From: the human T2T-CHM13v2.0 reference genome, Homo sapiens
Length of the DNA stretch: 64,000 nt
Reading direction: 5' to 3' (one strand)
Assembly (NCBI RefSeq): GCF_009914755.1
Contig: NC_060931.1
The translations under genes were made by a program, and so were the position numbers. Of this stretch, positions 1 through 16,529 are shown one piece after another (positions within the stretch are counted from its first letter, which is position 1; each line of letters opens with the position of its first letter). The notes beneath the pieces are model-generated. The model was not told the DNA's origin. It was given only the letters and a program-made list of their open reading frames with translations, and ran no database searches.

Positions 1-302
1 GCAGTTAGGAGCTGGAGACCAGCCCGGCCAACACAGCGAAACCCCGTCTCCACCAAAAAAATACGAAAACCAGTCAGGCGTGGTGGTGCGCGCCTGCAAT
101 CGCAGGCACTCGGCAGGCTGAGGCAGGAGAATCAGGCAGGGAGGCTGCAGTGAGCCGAGATGGCAGCAGTACAGTCCAGCTTTGGCTCGGCATCAGTGGG
201 AGACCGTGGAAAGAGAGGGAGAGGGAGACCGTGGGGAGAGGGAGAGGGGGGAGAGGGAGAGGGAGAGGGAGAAGGGGGAGAGGGAGAGGGAGAGGGAGAG
301 CT
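1..302 (-). mobile_element. SVA retrotransposon, 5' end (Alu-like domain and (CCCTCT)n hexamer head); continues beyond window start
   Basis: (GGGAGA)n at ~212-300 is the reverse complement of the CCCTCT hexamer head. It is preceded by the characteristic SVA Alu-like segment (gcaatcgcaggcactcggcaggctgaggcaggagaatcaggcagggagg...gtacagtccagc). Confidence 0.95.
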
Positions 303-487
303 AAAGGCCAGTTCTTGTGGGGAGTCAATACTCTTTGTTATACTCAGTTTTAAGAGGAAGACAGTGATTCAGGAGTTGTCTGGGCCAGTTATATCTGTTT
401 ATATATTCAATATTTTGTGTATACTCACTGCTTTTCCTAACGTGAAAAATTTACCAAAATGCTAATTGTGACTTATAAGGTATTTAA

Positions 488-610
<123 letters not shown>

Positions 611-1415
611 TAGAATTTTCTAACTCATACTAAATAATTAGTTTGTACACAGGGATTCCTGATAAAGGAGGTTTGTGTATCTTAAGGGAATATCAGACTG
701 TTTATTACAGACTTGCCATTTGATATACACCTGACAAAATAGTGTTAGTTCTTCGGGGACTCTTTTTTTCCCTGTTGTAAGCTAACAATCTTCTTAACCA
801 CAGGTTTTTCTTTACACCAAGCATATATTGTACAAATAGAGGTTATGTCAGAGTTTTAACTCTGTCTTTTGTTAGATCAGTGATTTGTTAATGACAGCCA
901 GCTGAAAGTGCTTCATTTACATTACTGTCCTTTCTGCCTACTGCTCTTCCATGGCAGTTGTTTAGTTGAATATTGGAACCCACTGGGATAAATCTGTAAA
1001 CATGATGGTTATAATGCCAAATATCTTTATATAATCAAAGAAAGAAAAAATGGCTTGGCTTTTTTTCTCCCATTCTAAGGAATAGAAAGCCCAGTCTTGT
1101 TGCATCCTTCTTATCTTTTAAAATCTACAGATAATTCATTTTGTCTTTGGGAGCAAAATTCTCCCAAAGTGACAAGAAAAATTACAGAATCTTAAACCTG
1201 TGAAAAATTCTTCCTTTCACTGCTTGTTCAGTCCTTTATTTTATGGAGGAAATAGTCTGTTCTTAGGCTAAGGTATTTTGGCTCATTTGTTACAAGTAAA
1301 GCTGACACTTGGGTTTATAGCAATGTATGTAGTTACTGAATGTATAGTACATTTTAGTGAATGATGGTTTATATGTGTATTGGAAAAACTGTATTTACTT
1401 TGGTTTCATTTTCAG

Positions 1416-1459
1416 GGAAAGGCACTCCTAGGGGACATAAAATTAGTGATTACTTTGAG
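1416..1459 (+). pseudogene. TLK2: TLK2-copy exon, 44 nt (G-KGTPRGHKISDYFE)
   Basis: ttttcag|GGAAAG...TTTGAG|gtaagt. Confidence 0.95.
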
Positions 1460-1541
1460 GTAAGTTACATTTTTTGAAAAAACAAACAAAAAAACAAAAC
1501 AAAACAAAAAAACTCTATAGTGATTTTTTTTAAAAACCCTA

Positions 1542-1888
<347 letters not shown>

Positions 1889-2524
1889 TAATGTTTTGCC
1901 TTTACTGTACTCTTCTTCCCTTTCTCCCCATCTTCATCAGTTAATGCTGCCCCATCTCTCAATAAGAGAAAACTGCTGCTGCCTTCCTAAATTTAAATTT
2001 ATTATGTGTCTTGTCTGTGATGATATAAGAATTCACAAATGAGGTGATTTTTCTCTTGGCCAGACGAGGTTTTGTGTCTTACAAAGATTGAGGTGGAATG
2101 ACTTGGACTCTTCTTTTATCCTCCTCCCTTTAATCCAGTGGAACATGTAGTGAGTTCCCTGACCCATCGTTAGTGGTTACTAAAGACATTAACATCCACT
2201 GCACTACTGCATTTCTGCTTTGTGTATTTTGAGACAAGAAGGGAAAACATTCTTCTCTCATGTCCTTTCAAAATCATGTATACCTTCAGCTTTCTAGCCA
2301 TGTTTTCTTTATATCTTGGTATATTTCTGCTGGAGCTCCTTCTTAAAAATCTCATTAAAAATTAGCAGAATTTGACTTGTGTGGCATTTTCTCTCTAGAG
2401 TAAGATGTGTTAACTTAAAGGGGCCATATAATTAAGATCTGTTTGTGTATTAATCTTTTACTCTCCTTATCTGAAGCATAGTACTGTTTTGAATTATTCA
2501 TATCTGTTTTTCCCTGTTGGCCAG

Positions 2525-2620
2525 TTTGCTGGGGGAAGCGGGCCAGGAACCAGCCCTGGCAGAAGTGTTCCACCAGTTGCACTATCCTCACCGCAACATT
2601 CCTTATCCAATCCCTTACCG
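2525..2620 (+). pseudogene. TLK2: TLK2-copy exon, 96 nt (FAGGSGPGTSPGRSVPPVALSSPQHSLSNPLP)
   Basis: ggccag|TTTGCT...TTACCG|gtaagc. Lies within ORF 2489..2722. Confidence 0.95.
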
Positions 2621-3096
2621 GTAAGCATTCACCTGGAGAAATTTGACACCTGTTGTAGGAGACAAGATGCCCAGAAACACTCAAGCAAAGTTTCTCTTTC
2701 ATTAATTACCCACAGGGAATGAAGCATTAGGGAGAAAAGTTCATAGTTTTACCTATGAATCCCTTACTTTGATTCAAATCTGTTATCAGTAAATTAGCTT
2801 TTTACAGAAGAGCCAATCCTATTATCTCTATATAATAAATTACCTCTAATCCTACAGCTTAGTAGTCTATCAAAGAATTGATTCCAATCGAAACATTAGG
2901 TTTTTTCCCTTGCCAAATTTGTATGTTCCTGTAGGGTTTATTTTTATTTTAAAATTTGACCAGCTTCTGGCATAATTGAGTTATCTCCAGAGCTTACTCA
3001 GTAATGTACTAGAAAAACTAATGCTATACAGATTTGTGATAGGTATGTTTCCAGCCTGTAAGAGAGATCTGAAGGTCTTAAAAACATTATACCTAA

Positions 3097-3321
3097 GTAA
3101 ATGGTTCTCAGTTGGTGGCAGTTTTGCCCCTCAGGGACATTTGTCAATAACTGGAGTCATTATTGGTTGTCACTGCTCGGAGTTATGGGGATGACACTAT
3201 AGGCATCTACTGGGCAGAAGTCAGGGATGCTGGTAAACATTCTGTAATGTTAGGACAGCCTCCCTGCAAAAAAGAATTACCTGGTCCAAAATATCAGTGG
3301 TGCCAAGGTTGAGAATTCCTG
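3097..3321. mobile_element. MER20 DNA transposon
   Basis: ggttctca...ttttgcccctcagggacatttg...ccaaaatatcagtggtgccaaggttgagaattcctg. Confidence 0.85.
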
Positions 3322-4599
3322 AGTAAGCTAACGTAGGATTATGTTTATTTGCTCCAGTGTCTTCGCATTATTTGTTGATACTGTGTAAGACCTCTTACTC
3401 AAGAGTGTGCTCTATCCCCTAATGCCTTAGGTATTGCCTCTGGGATCTTGGGAGACAGGGTCTCTGGGACAGAAGTTTTTATTTTAGGTCACTGATTTTT
3501 AGGAAAGTTGTTTTTCTTTGCCTTGGTAGAGTTGTGTAATAGTACTCATTTCCTAAGCGATTTAGGCTTCTGTATTGTTAAAGTATTTTAAAATGTACTT
3601 TCTCCCCCTCTACTGTCTCATAAAAACCTTCATTAGGATTATTGTGATTATTAAAGCACTTATGAAAACATAAGTTAAACTTACGAAAACAACTAAGAAG
3701 TTTTGGCTATTACTGTGCCATCCTTGCCATATATATATAATTTTTTTTTTTTTTTTGAGACAGTCTTGCTGTGTCACTCAGGCTAGAGTGCAGTGGTACG
3801 ATCATGACTCACTGCAACCTCTGCCTCCTAGGCTCAAGTGATTCTCCCAAATCAGCTTCCTGAGTAGCTCATACTACAGGCATGTACCACTACGCCCGGC
3901 TAATTTTTGTATTTTTTTGTAGAGGCGTGGTTTCACCATATTGCCCAGGCTGGTCTCAAACTCCTGAGATCATGTGGTCTGCCTGCCTCCACCTCCCAAA
4001 GTGTTGAGATTACAGGCATTAGCCATTGTGTCAGACCATCCTTGGCCATAGTTTAAAATGTTAGAAATGTTTGATGATAGATCCAATTTGGGCAGGTTGA
4101 GGTTTGTTAGTTAACTGTTGAAGAGGCCTGTATCTCTGTTTTTCTTAAGTTTCAAACCAATTAAAGTCTAAAAGATATTAAATGAGATTGCAGATTATCT
4201 ATTTGGGACAGATACGTTTTGTAGAATTTCTCGGTGTTGTCTATCACTCTTTTCTTCCTGAAATGCCTTTTTCATTTGGTTTTTAATGGTGTGACCACCC
4301 ATCTCTCATGTGTCAGTTTAGGTTGAATCTTACCTGAAGACAAAAGAGATAAACTCAATGATCTGTAGACATTTTTGCCAGCTATATGAATGTGGCTGAG
4401 CCTCCTCATCATGCAAATCCGAGTATAGATGAGGTGTTAAAATAGAAACCAAAGCTTAATCCTCCACCTTTTCCTTGCCTGTCTCTAGGCAACTCAGCAT
4501 GGTTGGAGGAAAACACATACACCAAGGTGACTGACTGATCTGGTCATGAGCACTGGCCTCATGTGTACCTCTCACTGCCTGCCAGTCCTACTGTATTTC

Positions 4600-5590
4600 T
4601 ACTTAGTTCCCTTTCCTCCATGAATATGTCCTATTTTTGTCATCTCCTGCAAACCTCCAGCAATTCTTCTGCTAACTGATGGCCTTCCTTTTTTATGTTA
4701 CTGAGAAAATAGAAACAATCAGAAGAGCATTTCCACATGCTCCTACTGCAGATTTGCCAAGCTCCTTGCATCAGTACCCACATCCATCTGCCTTTGAGAT
4801 GAATGAACTTGCTAGCCCTTCACATGGGTCTGGTCTCCCCAATAATTATGTATCCAGCTGTCTACTTGACATTTCCACTTGTACTGCTTGAGCGTGTCCA
4901 AAAAGGAACTCTTGCTTTCCCTTCCCTACCATAACAATAACATTGAACTGCTCTTCCTGTAATCTGCCTTGTCCTGGTAAATGACAGGTTACACCATCTG
5001 GTTTTTCAGGTCACAGCCTCATGCCCCAAATGTAATCCATGAGAAAATCCTGTTTTTCCTTTAAAGTGTATTAGAATATGACCACTTTTCTATTTTTCCA
5101 GTTCACTGCATTAGCTTTCAAAGTAGTCTCCTTGTTTTTGCCCTTGTTTCACCTAGTCTTAATGTAATAGCCCGAGTAATTGTTAAAATGTTCAGATACA
5201 TCCCGGCACTCCTCTGCTCAACACTTCCTAGACTGAAGTCTTTATGTGACCTAAAAGCTCCTGCGTGATCTGTGCTCCCCATCGTCCACCTGATTCTGAC
5301 ATCTGTAGCCATTCTCCCTCTTCTTCATGCCACTGCAGCCACACTGGCCTCCTTGAGCTCTGTGAAAAATGCTTTTGCTATAGGGTCTTTGTACTTGTTA
5401 TTCCCTCTTCCAGGAACATTCTTTTCTCAGATATCAGCAATCTCTTCATCAGGTTGTTGCTCAAAAATGACCTTAGCCAAGCGGTCTCCCTTAGCCAACT
5501 TCTCTAAAATAGCAGTCCCTCATACCTTGTCAATTTGTTCCTAACTGTACTTTATTTTAATTCTAAGTTATTGGCACCTGACACACCCAT
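4600..5590 (+). mobile_element. L2 fragment
   Basis: tatccagctgtctacttgacatttccactt; gccacactggcctccttgagct; ctttgtacttgttattccctcttccaggaaca. Confidence 0.65.
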
Positions 5591-6029
5591 GTACATACAT
5601 TTTAATATATATTTAAATTTTTTTGTTGATTCATATTTATACATACAGAAGAGTACACATTGTAAGTCTACAGTTCACATGAATTTTCACAAACTCTACA
5701 AGCACAAGAAATATTACCAGTGCTGCAGAAGTCCCCCTGAGTTCCCTTTCAGTTACTAACCCCCTCCCTGCCGCTGTGGATAGCCACTAGCCTGACCTCT
5801 AACAACACAGATGAATTTTTTTTTGTATCTTGTGTAAAAGACATTCAGTGTATACTCTTGTGTCTAGCTCCTTTTGTTGCACATTACTTTTGTGAGGTTT
5901 ATCCATTTCATTGTGTATTTTGTAGGTCATTTATTTTCATTGGTGTGTTATAAGTTTAATTTTCATTTAATAATTTATATATTTTAATTTTGAACTATAT
6001 AATTAGTTAATTGCCCATCTTCCGACTAG

Positions 6030-6309
<280 letters not shown>

Positions 6310-6629
6310 TGAGTCACCGCGCCCAGCCTAGAATGTTAATCTCATAAGAATGGGGATTTTGCTTTGCTTTGTTTACTGCTGTCTCTTGTTACATAAAGGT
6401 GTAATTTTTAAACTAATTTCCCCCACTTGACATGTAAGCAATAATGTCTTACTTCATTTTCAGTCTCCAGCATCCAGAACAGTACTTGGGACACAATAGG
6501 TGTTCAAAATTGTGCTGACAGGGAAGAATAGATGGATAAAAAGTTGTTTTCACCTTTTTTCCTATAAAAGATTATTTTGTATTTGTGTTAAATATAAAAA
6601 ATAAAGTATGTAAAACATGAAAGTTTTCA

Positions 6630-7130
<501 letters not shown>

Positions 7131-8612
7131 GAAAATCACTATAAAGTTAACTCTATATAATTGTTACATAGGAAGGTAGACTATTTCCAGCAGCTGGTAA
7201 CCTACATGCTGTTCCCTGATCACAACTCCCACTACCCTAGAAGTGATCACTTGGCTAGTTTTTGTGGTAATCATTTTCGTTTTCATGTAGTTTAAACTAT
7301 CCATGTATGAATCCATAAACAAAATAGTTTAGTTTTGCCAGTAGGTAAACTCAGTGTTTAAATCTTAGGTATTTTTATTTTTGGCTGTTCTATCAATTAT
7401 TAAGAGCGGTGTGTATATTCGTATTTCTTGCTGTGATTGTGGGAGTTGGCTGTTTCTTCTTATATTTATATTAAATTTTGTTTTATGTATTATGACTCTT
7501 CATCTCTTTAAAGCTCTTTGCTTTATTTTTTAATTTTAATTTTTATTTTTGAGACAGGTTCTCGCTCTGTTGCCCAGGCTGGAATTCAGTGCACGATCTC
7601 GGGTCACTACAACCTCCGCCTCCTGGGTTCAAGTGATTCTTGTGCCTAAGCCTCCCAAATACCTGGGATTACAAGCATGCATCACCATGCCTAGATAATC
7701 TTTTTGTATTTTTAGTTGGGTTTTCTCCATGTTGGCCAGGCTGGTCTGGAACTCCTGGCCTCAAGTGATCTGCCTGCCTTGGCCTCCCAAAGTATTGGGA
7801 TTACAGGTGTGAGCCCCCGAGCCTGGCTGAAGCCCTTTGCTTTAAATGTGGTTTATCTGATATTTAATATATCCAAACCATTGTGAGGTATAACTATTTC
7901 CATTCTTAATACTGTCAAATTTGCATTGTTATGTTTTCTATCTTTGGCAAATACCATATAATTAGATTTTTTTCTCTTAAGTCTAAAATTTTTTATTATC
8001 CTATTTACATTCAATATAATTACCACTACATTCAGTTTAGATATATCATTGTTTAATGTGTTTTTTATTTATCCTGCCTGTTCTGTGTTCCTTTTTCTTT
8101 AATTTCTTGCTTTCGTTTAGATTGAATTTTTTTTTTTAAGTCATTTTCTATTTTCCTCCTCTGCTAGTAGCTAGGCTGTCTTTGGTGTTTCTTTTAGAAA
8201 GTACCACATACGGCCAGGCGTGGTGTCTCACACCTGTAATCCTAGCACTTTGGGAGACCTGGGGACCCACATGTGAGGATTACTCGAGCTCAGGAGTTCG
8301 AGACCAGCCTAAGCAATATAGTGAGATACCTGTCTGTACAAGGCAGGCAAATCATGAGGTCAGGAGTTCGAGACCAGCCTGGCCAACGTGGTGAAACCCT
8401 GTCTCTACTAAAAATACAAAAACTTAGCTGGGCTTGGTGGCAGGTGCCTGTAATCCCTGCCACTCAGGAGGCTGAGGCAGGAGAATCTCTTGAACCCAGG
8501 AGTCAGAGGTTGCAGCGAACCGAGATCGCACCACTGCACTCTAGCCTGGGTGACAGTGCGAGACTCCGTCTCAGAAACAAACAAACAAACAAAAAACAGC
8601 ATTTAAAAATTA

Positions 8613-8846
<234 letters not shown>

Positions 8847-11650
8847 TCATGTCCCCAGAACACTGTTTACTCTGCTACTGATTTGGTGGTAGTGGTGTAT
8901 GTTTTTATTTTGCCTTTTTTTGGTCTCATAAAATATTATTGTTCAGTGCTATCAGTGTTCGTTTAGGTTTATCTGTATATTTACCTCTTTGTACTTCTTT
9001 CCTTTTTGCATCCTACACCTTCCACCTGGGGTCACTTTCCTTCTGCCTAAGTATTCCTTTAGTATTCTTCTAGAATATATCTGCTAGGGATTAACTCTCT
9101 AGGTTTTTGTTTACTGAAATAACTTTATTTTGCTCTTATTCCTGAAAGGTATTTTTGGCTGTGTATATTTTTAGGTTCACTTTCTTTTTTTTTTTCTTTT
9201 AACACAATTGAGCAGTAATTCATTACCATGTTCTAACCCTCCATTGTTACTATTAAGAAATCAGCTGTCATTTACCTGTTGTTTCTTTGAAGGTATCTGC
9301 TTTTTTTCCCCTGGCTGCTTTAAAAGTCTTTAGCTATGGTGTTCTGTAGTTTTATGATGATGTGTCATTTCATTTCTCTTGCTTGTGATTTCTTGGACTT
9401 CTGAAATTTGTGGGTTGGTGTCTTTCATCAGTTCTGAATAATTAGCCATTGTCTCTTTGAATATTATCTCTGACTTGTTCTTTTTTTCCTTCTCTTATGA
9501 AATTCTAATTAACCATACATTATACTTCCTAATTTTATTACCATGGCTTTTGACTTCTTTTTTTGTATTTTTGTTCTTCTTGTCTTTATATACTCCATCA
9601 TGGATAATTTCTTCTTGCCTTTCAGTTCCCAGATCCTGTTTTATTGTTTCTAATTTGCTATTAGCCCTAATGAATTGGTTACTACCTTTTGAAGAAAAAG
9701 AATTACATTTCCTGCAGATATTTTCAAGCCTGTCTTTTATTTTTTAAAATATGGTAGACACAATTATTTTATAATCTGTTTGATAATTCTAGCATCTGAA
9801 GCTTTTATGAATCTGTTTCTGGTGTCTCTTGTTTTTCTTAGTTGTTGTTCATGGCTTTATTTCTTTTATGCTTTGTTTTTTAACTGTGTACTCCTCATTG
9901 TTCTTGAAAAATTTTTGGGGGGGTTTCTTCAAGATCTAGGATGAATGAAGATGTGTTACTCCAGGGAAAATTTTTATTTGCTCCTTCCGAGTACCTAGAG
10001 ATTTTACCTCTTTTATATACCACTTTAGTGAATTTATGGCTTATATTTAGTTTGTTTATTTTGTTTGCTTATTTCAACTACTAGGAAAATTGATTTGGAT
10101 TGTGTCAACATTTCTCAAGAGAACCCCCAACTCTTACACTGCCAAGGCAACTTCCTGGCAGCCATCTGAGGGTGGGGGTAATTTTTGTTCTGGTTTACCC
10201 TTTCCTTGAGAATGTAGGTAGCTCTGGAGGCCCAGCTTGAAGTGGGAAGGGTTTCCTATTGAACCCTCTCCCTTGGGTGGGCTTTGGTCTGTGACTATCT
10301 GCTTGATACCATGTTGCCCTGAAAATGGAAATTCAAGATCTGCAGGTGCCCTTAGGCCATATGTGGCTTTGGTGCTTCTTTTACCTGTCTTATGTTCCTA
10401 ATTTCCCTTAGATTTTGCCGTGGCAGATCCCTAATACTTTATCAACTCTTCAGTGCTTTTAATGTTTTTTTTTTGTTGTTGTTGTTCGCCCATATTTTAT
10501 CCTATCTGTATAGTCCCCCCCCCAGGGAGAGGTTGGTTCAAACAGGAAAGGCTATAGCCTACATAGGATATTTACAGAAATGTTTTTAAAATCTTTCAAT
10601 CCTTGGCAGGTATTTATTGAATATATGGCAGAAGGTTTAATTTTACTGTTGCAGCTCATTCTCCCATGCAGTGAGAATGTTGTCATCAATGAGTATCACA
10701 GGTGTTCTGGAGCCTGGGTTTAAACTGTTACATTTGCTGGGGTAGGACTCTACTCATAGATTCAAAACCTAATTTCTTTGTCAGGATCATTTTACTTTTT
10801 TTTTTTGACATGAAAACGTTAAAGAACTATTCCTGATTAAGGAAAATTATTTCCTTTATTCATGCGGATTATGAAAGTTCAACAATTCAGAAATGGTGAA
10901 ATAAAAAATTCCCTCCAAAAGAACTGTTATTAGGGAGTATGGTGGGCAAATATTTCTAGACTTTTTGAGATATACATGTATGTTTATATAATAGGTTTTC
11001 TTATTTCCATTGTATTAGATTATTTAACCAGTATCTTGTAAGCATTTGTATTCTATAAATAGTGCTGTAATGAACATCCTTATACATACTTACTAACTTA
11101 TGCATTTTTCCCAGATAAACCCCCTAATTATAATTCCCAGGTCAGAATATGATCATTTAAAAATGTCATCACATAAATTGCTAGAAGGTTATTAGCAGTT
11201 TGAGAGTACCAATTTTTTCACACCCTGCTAATACTGAATTTTATCATTGTAACCTTTGGCATAAAGAAAAATACCTTGTTTTAACTTGCGTTTGTTCATT
11301 AGTTATATATATTAAACATCATATGTTTAATGGCCTTTTGGATTTCTCTTTTAATGCTTGTTCAGGTCCTTTGCATATGTCTCTTTTGAAATACTTGTGT
11401 GTTTTGGTTTTTGTTTTACTGTTAGGTAAAGCATTATTTATTAAGATTTAATAAATTATTTATATTATTAATTTGTTATATTGTAAATATTTTTGCTTGT
11501 TTGTAATCTTGTCTTTTAACTTTATCTTGACTTTTACCATTCAGATATAAAAAAATTGAAGTAGTTAAATTTATCAGTGTTTTTCCTTTATGACTTATGG
11601 GATTTGTCTTATTCTTAGATGTTCCCATATGGTGTATTCCTATATGGGGT

Positions 11651-11652
<2 letters not shown>

Positions 11653-11687
<35 letters not shown>
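11653..11687. repeat. (GT)n microsatellite
   Basis: Uninterrupted GT run. Confidence 0.95.
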
Positions 11688-11691
<4 letters not shown>

Positions 11692-13084
11692 TGTAATTTT
11701 TTTTTGAGACAGGATCTTGCTGTGTAGCCCAGGCTGGAGTGCAGTGATGTGATCTTGGTTCACTGCCAGCCTCTGCCTCCCGGGTTCAAGTGATTCTCAT
11801 GCCTCAGCTTCCCGAGTAGCTGGGACTACAGGCATGTGCCACCATGCCCAGCTAATTTTTGTATTTTTAGTAGAGACAGGGTTTTGCCACGTTGGCCAGG
11901 CTGGTCTCAAACTCCTGACCTCAAGTGATTTGCCCATCACGGCCTCCCAAAGTGCTGGGATTACAGGCATGAGCCACTGTGCCCCGCCCATGGTTTATAT
12001 TTTTAATGTCATGTTTAAAAAGTCCTTTACCACTGGAAAATTCTAAAAGCATTTGTTTATTTTTTCTTCTTGTAATTTTTTATATGTAATAAAAGGTAGG
12101 AATCTACTTTTCCCTTTTTTTCTAATATCTGCACAAATGTCCTACCATCTTTTTAATAAGTTCCCGCTAATATGAAATGCACATTAATCACAACTTATGT
12201 ATCTATATTATATAGATCTGTTTCTGAATTCTGTATTCTGTGCCACTGGTCAATCTGTCTGCTTCTGTATCTGTATGATACTGTTTTAGTTAATGTAACA
12301 TTGTAGTATGTTTCAATATCTGGTCAAGTTTCCCTGATACTTTTTCTGAAAAATTATGTGGCTGATTATGATTATTTTTTTAAGTGAACCTTAGAATTTA
12401 TTGTGAAATTCTCCGAAAACAACTGCCCAAGAAAGCATGAGAGAGAACCTAGATGACCACTATACCACCATAAGACTATCCCTTGGAAGAGAAAAAGGCC
12501 AAACACAAAATTAAAAACATTAAACTTGGGTTTTAGAGAAATTTGATGTTTGTAGAATCTGAACCCAGGAACATGATATTACCGTTTAACTTAGATCATC
12601 TTTTATATTCATCTGTGAAGCTGTATAGTTTTTCTTCATAGGTGTTCTGCATGTTTCTTAAGTTTGCTTTCAAGTATTTTACAGATTTTTGTTTGCTACT
12701 TTGAATCTGCTTTTCCTTCTGCTACATGCTCTGATTAAAATCAGTTGGGGAAGCTATCAATTTTAGTGTATTTATTTTGTATTTGGCCATCTTACTGAAC
12801 TCCTTTTAATTGTTATAGTAATTTTTCCATTGATTTGCTTGGTTTCCTTTGTGAATGGTTATATCATCCAAAAATGACACTAAAAATCTTTAATTTGTAA
12901 TATTTTTACGTCTTTTTTTTCTTTTTTACATTGGCTGAAACTTTCATAATAACGTTTAATATGAGAATGTGTTACTTTTGTCTTGTTTTCTAGCTTTAAT
13001 GAAAGGGTCTCCAGTCTTAGCACCATTAATTATGATATTTTAATTTTTGAAAAACATACTCTTCATTGCATTAAAAGTGGATAA

Positions 13085-13405
<321 letters not shown>

Positions 13406-13690
13406 TAAGAGTTGCCTAACAGTGTGCGTATCCTTTTTGGTATCCAACAGGAAGAATCTTAATTTATCCCTTCCCTAAGGTTAATGTAATGAATTACATT
13501 AGTAGATTTGCTAATGTTGAATCATTTTTAGGTTTCTGGAGTAAGTTATGCGTAATTGTGGTGTATTATCCTTTTACTATACTGTGGAACTTGTTTTGCT
13601 TGCATTTATTTTAGATTTTTGCATCTAAATATAGTACAGTGAGAATAGAATTGAGAGTGAAATAAGCTTCACCTATAAAGTCACGTGACA

Positions 13691-14008
13691 GGCCAGGCAC
13701 GGTGGCTCATGCCTGTAATCCCAGCACTTTGGGAGGCTGAGGCGGGCAGATCACCTGAGGTCAGGAGTTCGAGATCAGCCTGGCCAACATGGTGAAACCC
13801 CGTCTCTACTAAAAATACAAAAAAATTAGCCAGGTGTGGTGGCAGGCACCTGTAATCCCAGCTATTTGGGAGGCTGAGACAGGAGAATCGCTTGAACTCA
13901 GGAGGCAGAGGTTGCATGCAATGAGAGCAGAGACTCTCCATTGCACTCCAGCCTGGGCAACAAGAATGAAACACTATCTCAAAAAAAAAAAAAAAAAAAA
14001 GAAAAGAA
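13691..14008 (+). mobile_element. AluS (Sq/Sx-like)
   Basis: Full dimer with long A-tail. Confidence 0.9.
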
Positions 14009-14371
14009 AGTCATGGGACAATGTCTTAATTTTCATTTACCTACAGGATAGAAATAATATTTCCTGTGTAGGGTTGAGGGCATTATGAAGTTGATTTGTA
14101 GAATTCTACAAAGTAACATGTAAATTCAGACTCTCATAAATATAGAACCATTAAAATATAATGTCAAAGAATTTGAGTAAGATAGTCACATTTTTAGATA
14201 GGTTATAATACAATGATAATGTTGGTATGCTCTCCATAATTATTTTTAGAGAGGCCTTTTTAAAGAAACCATTCATCTTATGTTTGATAACTGTTTTTAA
14301 CCCATTGCATGTTTGGGCAGTATCAGATTATCTGTCTCATGTCATTTGTGTGTTTCTTTACTGTTTTCCAG

Positions 14372-14539
<168 letters not shown>

Positions 14540-15559
14540 GTGAGTACAAAGCCTAAGTTAATTCAGATCCTTTCCATTGCCCTAGCGCTCCTTGATGAGG
14601 TTGGATTAATTATTTTGATAGAGAGATAAGGACATTTCTAATACTTTTTTTTTAAATGTGATCTCCCCTTATCATCATTCCCAAACGTGTCTAATTCTAC
14701 ATCACTTCTAAATATATTGTGTTTTTCCCAGTCTCCCTTGGTTCAAGCTCCTGAGGGAGACTGCTTTGTCAAAGCCTGAACCCACAATGGGAAGGAAGGA
14801 AAGCATAATCTTAGATTGACAAAGAAGAAAATACAGATCAAATTCCATTAGTAACCAAGATATAATTAAAAATAGAGTCTCCGAGTTCCAGCCATCATCT
14901 ATGTAAGTTAATACTCAAGTCAGTACAGTTTTAGTATGTAGGCAGGCATTCTCACAGCAAGTTACTGGTCATTTACCCCGTGTAGTATTTGGGCTATGTA
15001 CACGCTTGCTTTCTCACCCCTTCAGAGTGTTGGTACACTTAACCTTTCTCAGGAATATTTGGCTACCTGTTCTCTCCTTTCAGCTTACTTCTTTCTCTAT
15101 CTTTGAAGAACAAGAATTTGAGTATTATGAAAGTTTGACCTCATTTCATAAGGCGCTGTGAGTGCAATTTGAACCAAATGTTACTTTTCCTGGTTTCTGG
15201 GCCCTACCGGGTCACCTGTTTGTTGCCAAGGGTGCCAGAGTAACAGAAAGCCCCATCGCCCTATTCCTATTCCACTTTCAGGGGCATCTTTCAGAACTAA
15301 GTCACCACTCATCCAAATTTTGTCCCTCTTACTGGTTCATTTTGTCCAGTTATAGTTTAAGTTTCCTGTTTATTTGCCCTATGGTATCTATAAGTCTTCA
15401 ATCCACACTCCACCAACTGTGTTCAAAAAGGTGCTGAAAATGGTGGGTGTCTTAAGGAAAGGAAATAGAAATAATAAAACAGTTAACCAGATAGGAAGCT
15501 ATTGTGCATGATATGGAATGTTTTCTTATAGTTATGATAGCTTTACCTTAAGAAAGAGA

Positions 15560-15985
15560 TACAACGCTCCTTGAATAACATCATTTCATTCAACATGGTT
15601 TCGTGATAGTGCTAATTAGACATTGTGAGTTGACGCCACTGTCTGTGTGGAGTTTGCATGTTTTCTCCATGTCTGTTTGGGTTTTCTTAGGGCACTCTGG
15701 TTTCCTCCCATATCCCAGAGATGTGTGCATTAGGTTCATTGGTGTGTCTATGGAGTCCCAGTCTGAGTGAGTGTGGGTGTGTGTGTGCAACAGAATGGCT
15801 TCCTGTCCAGGTTTGGTTTCTGCTTGCACCCTGAGCTGCCTGGGATAGGCTCTGGCTATTCACCACTCTGTACTGGAATAAACAGATAAATCATTGTCTT
15901 ATTTGTTTTTATGAATCTTACTTAAATGTATGTACAGCTTACTTTTATTTCAGTGTTTAATGTTAGAAGTGTTTTGATCTTTAAT
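15560..15985. mobile_element. MER6-like TcMar-Tigger element
   Basis: ctgtctgtgtggagtttgcatgttttctccatgtctgtttgggttttc...ggtttcctcccatatcccagagatgtg. Confidence 0.75.
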
Positions 15986-16098
15986 CATCAAAGGAATGGG
16001 GAAACTTCTTGTGTGAAGACAGTATAGTCCTATCCCCAGGTAACAAAGGAAATATACATACTTTAAAAATGGGAGAATTGACCTGTATAATATTGTGA

Positions 16099-16529
<431 letters not shown>

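Noticed and set aside
74-465. Low-complexity ORFs (LPLPLP, GRGRGR, GEGEGE)
   Set aside because: Translations of the SVA hexamer repeat.
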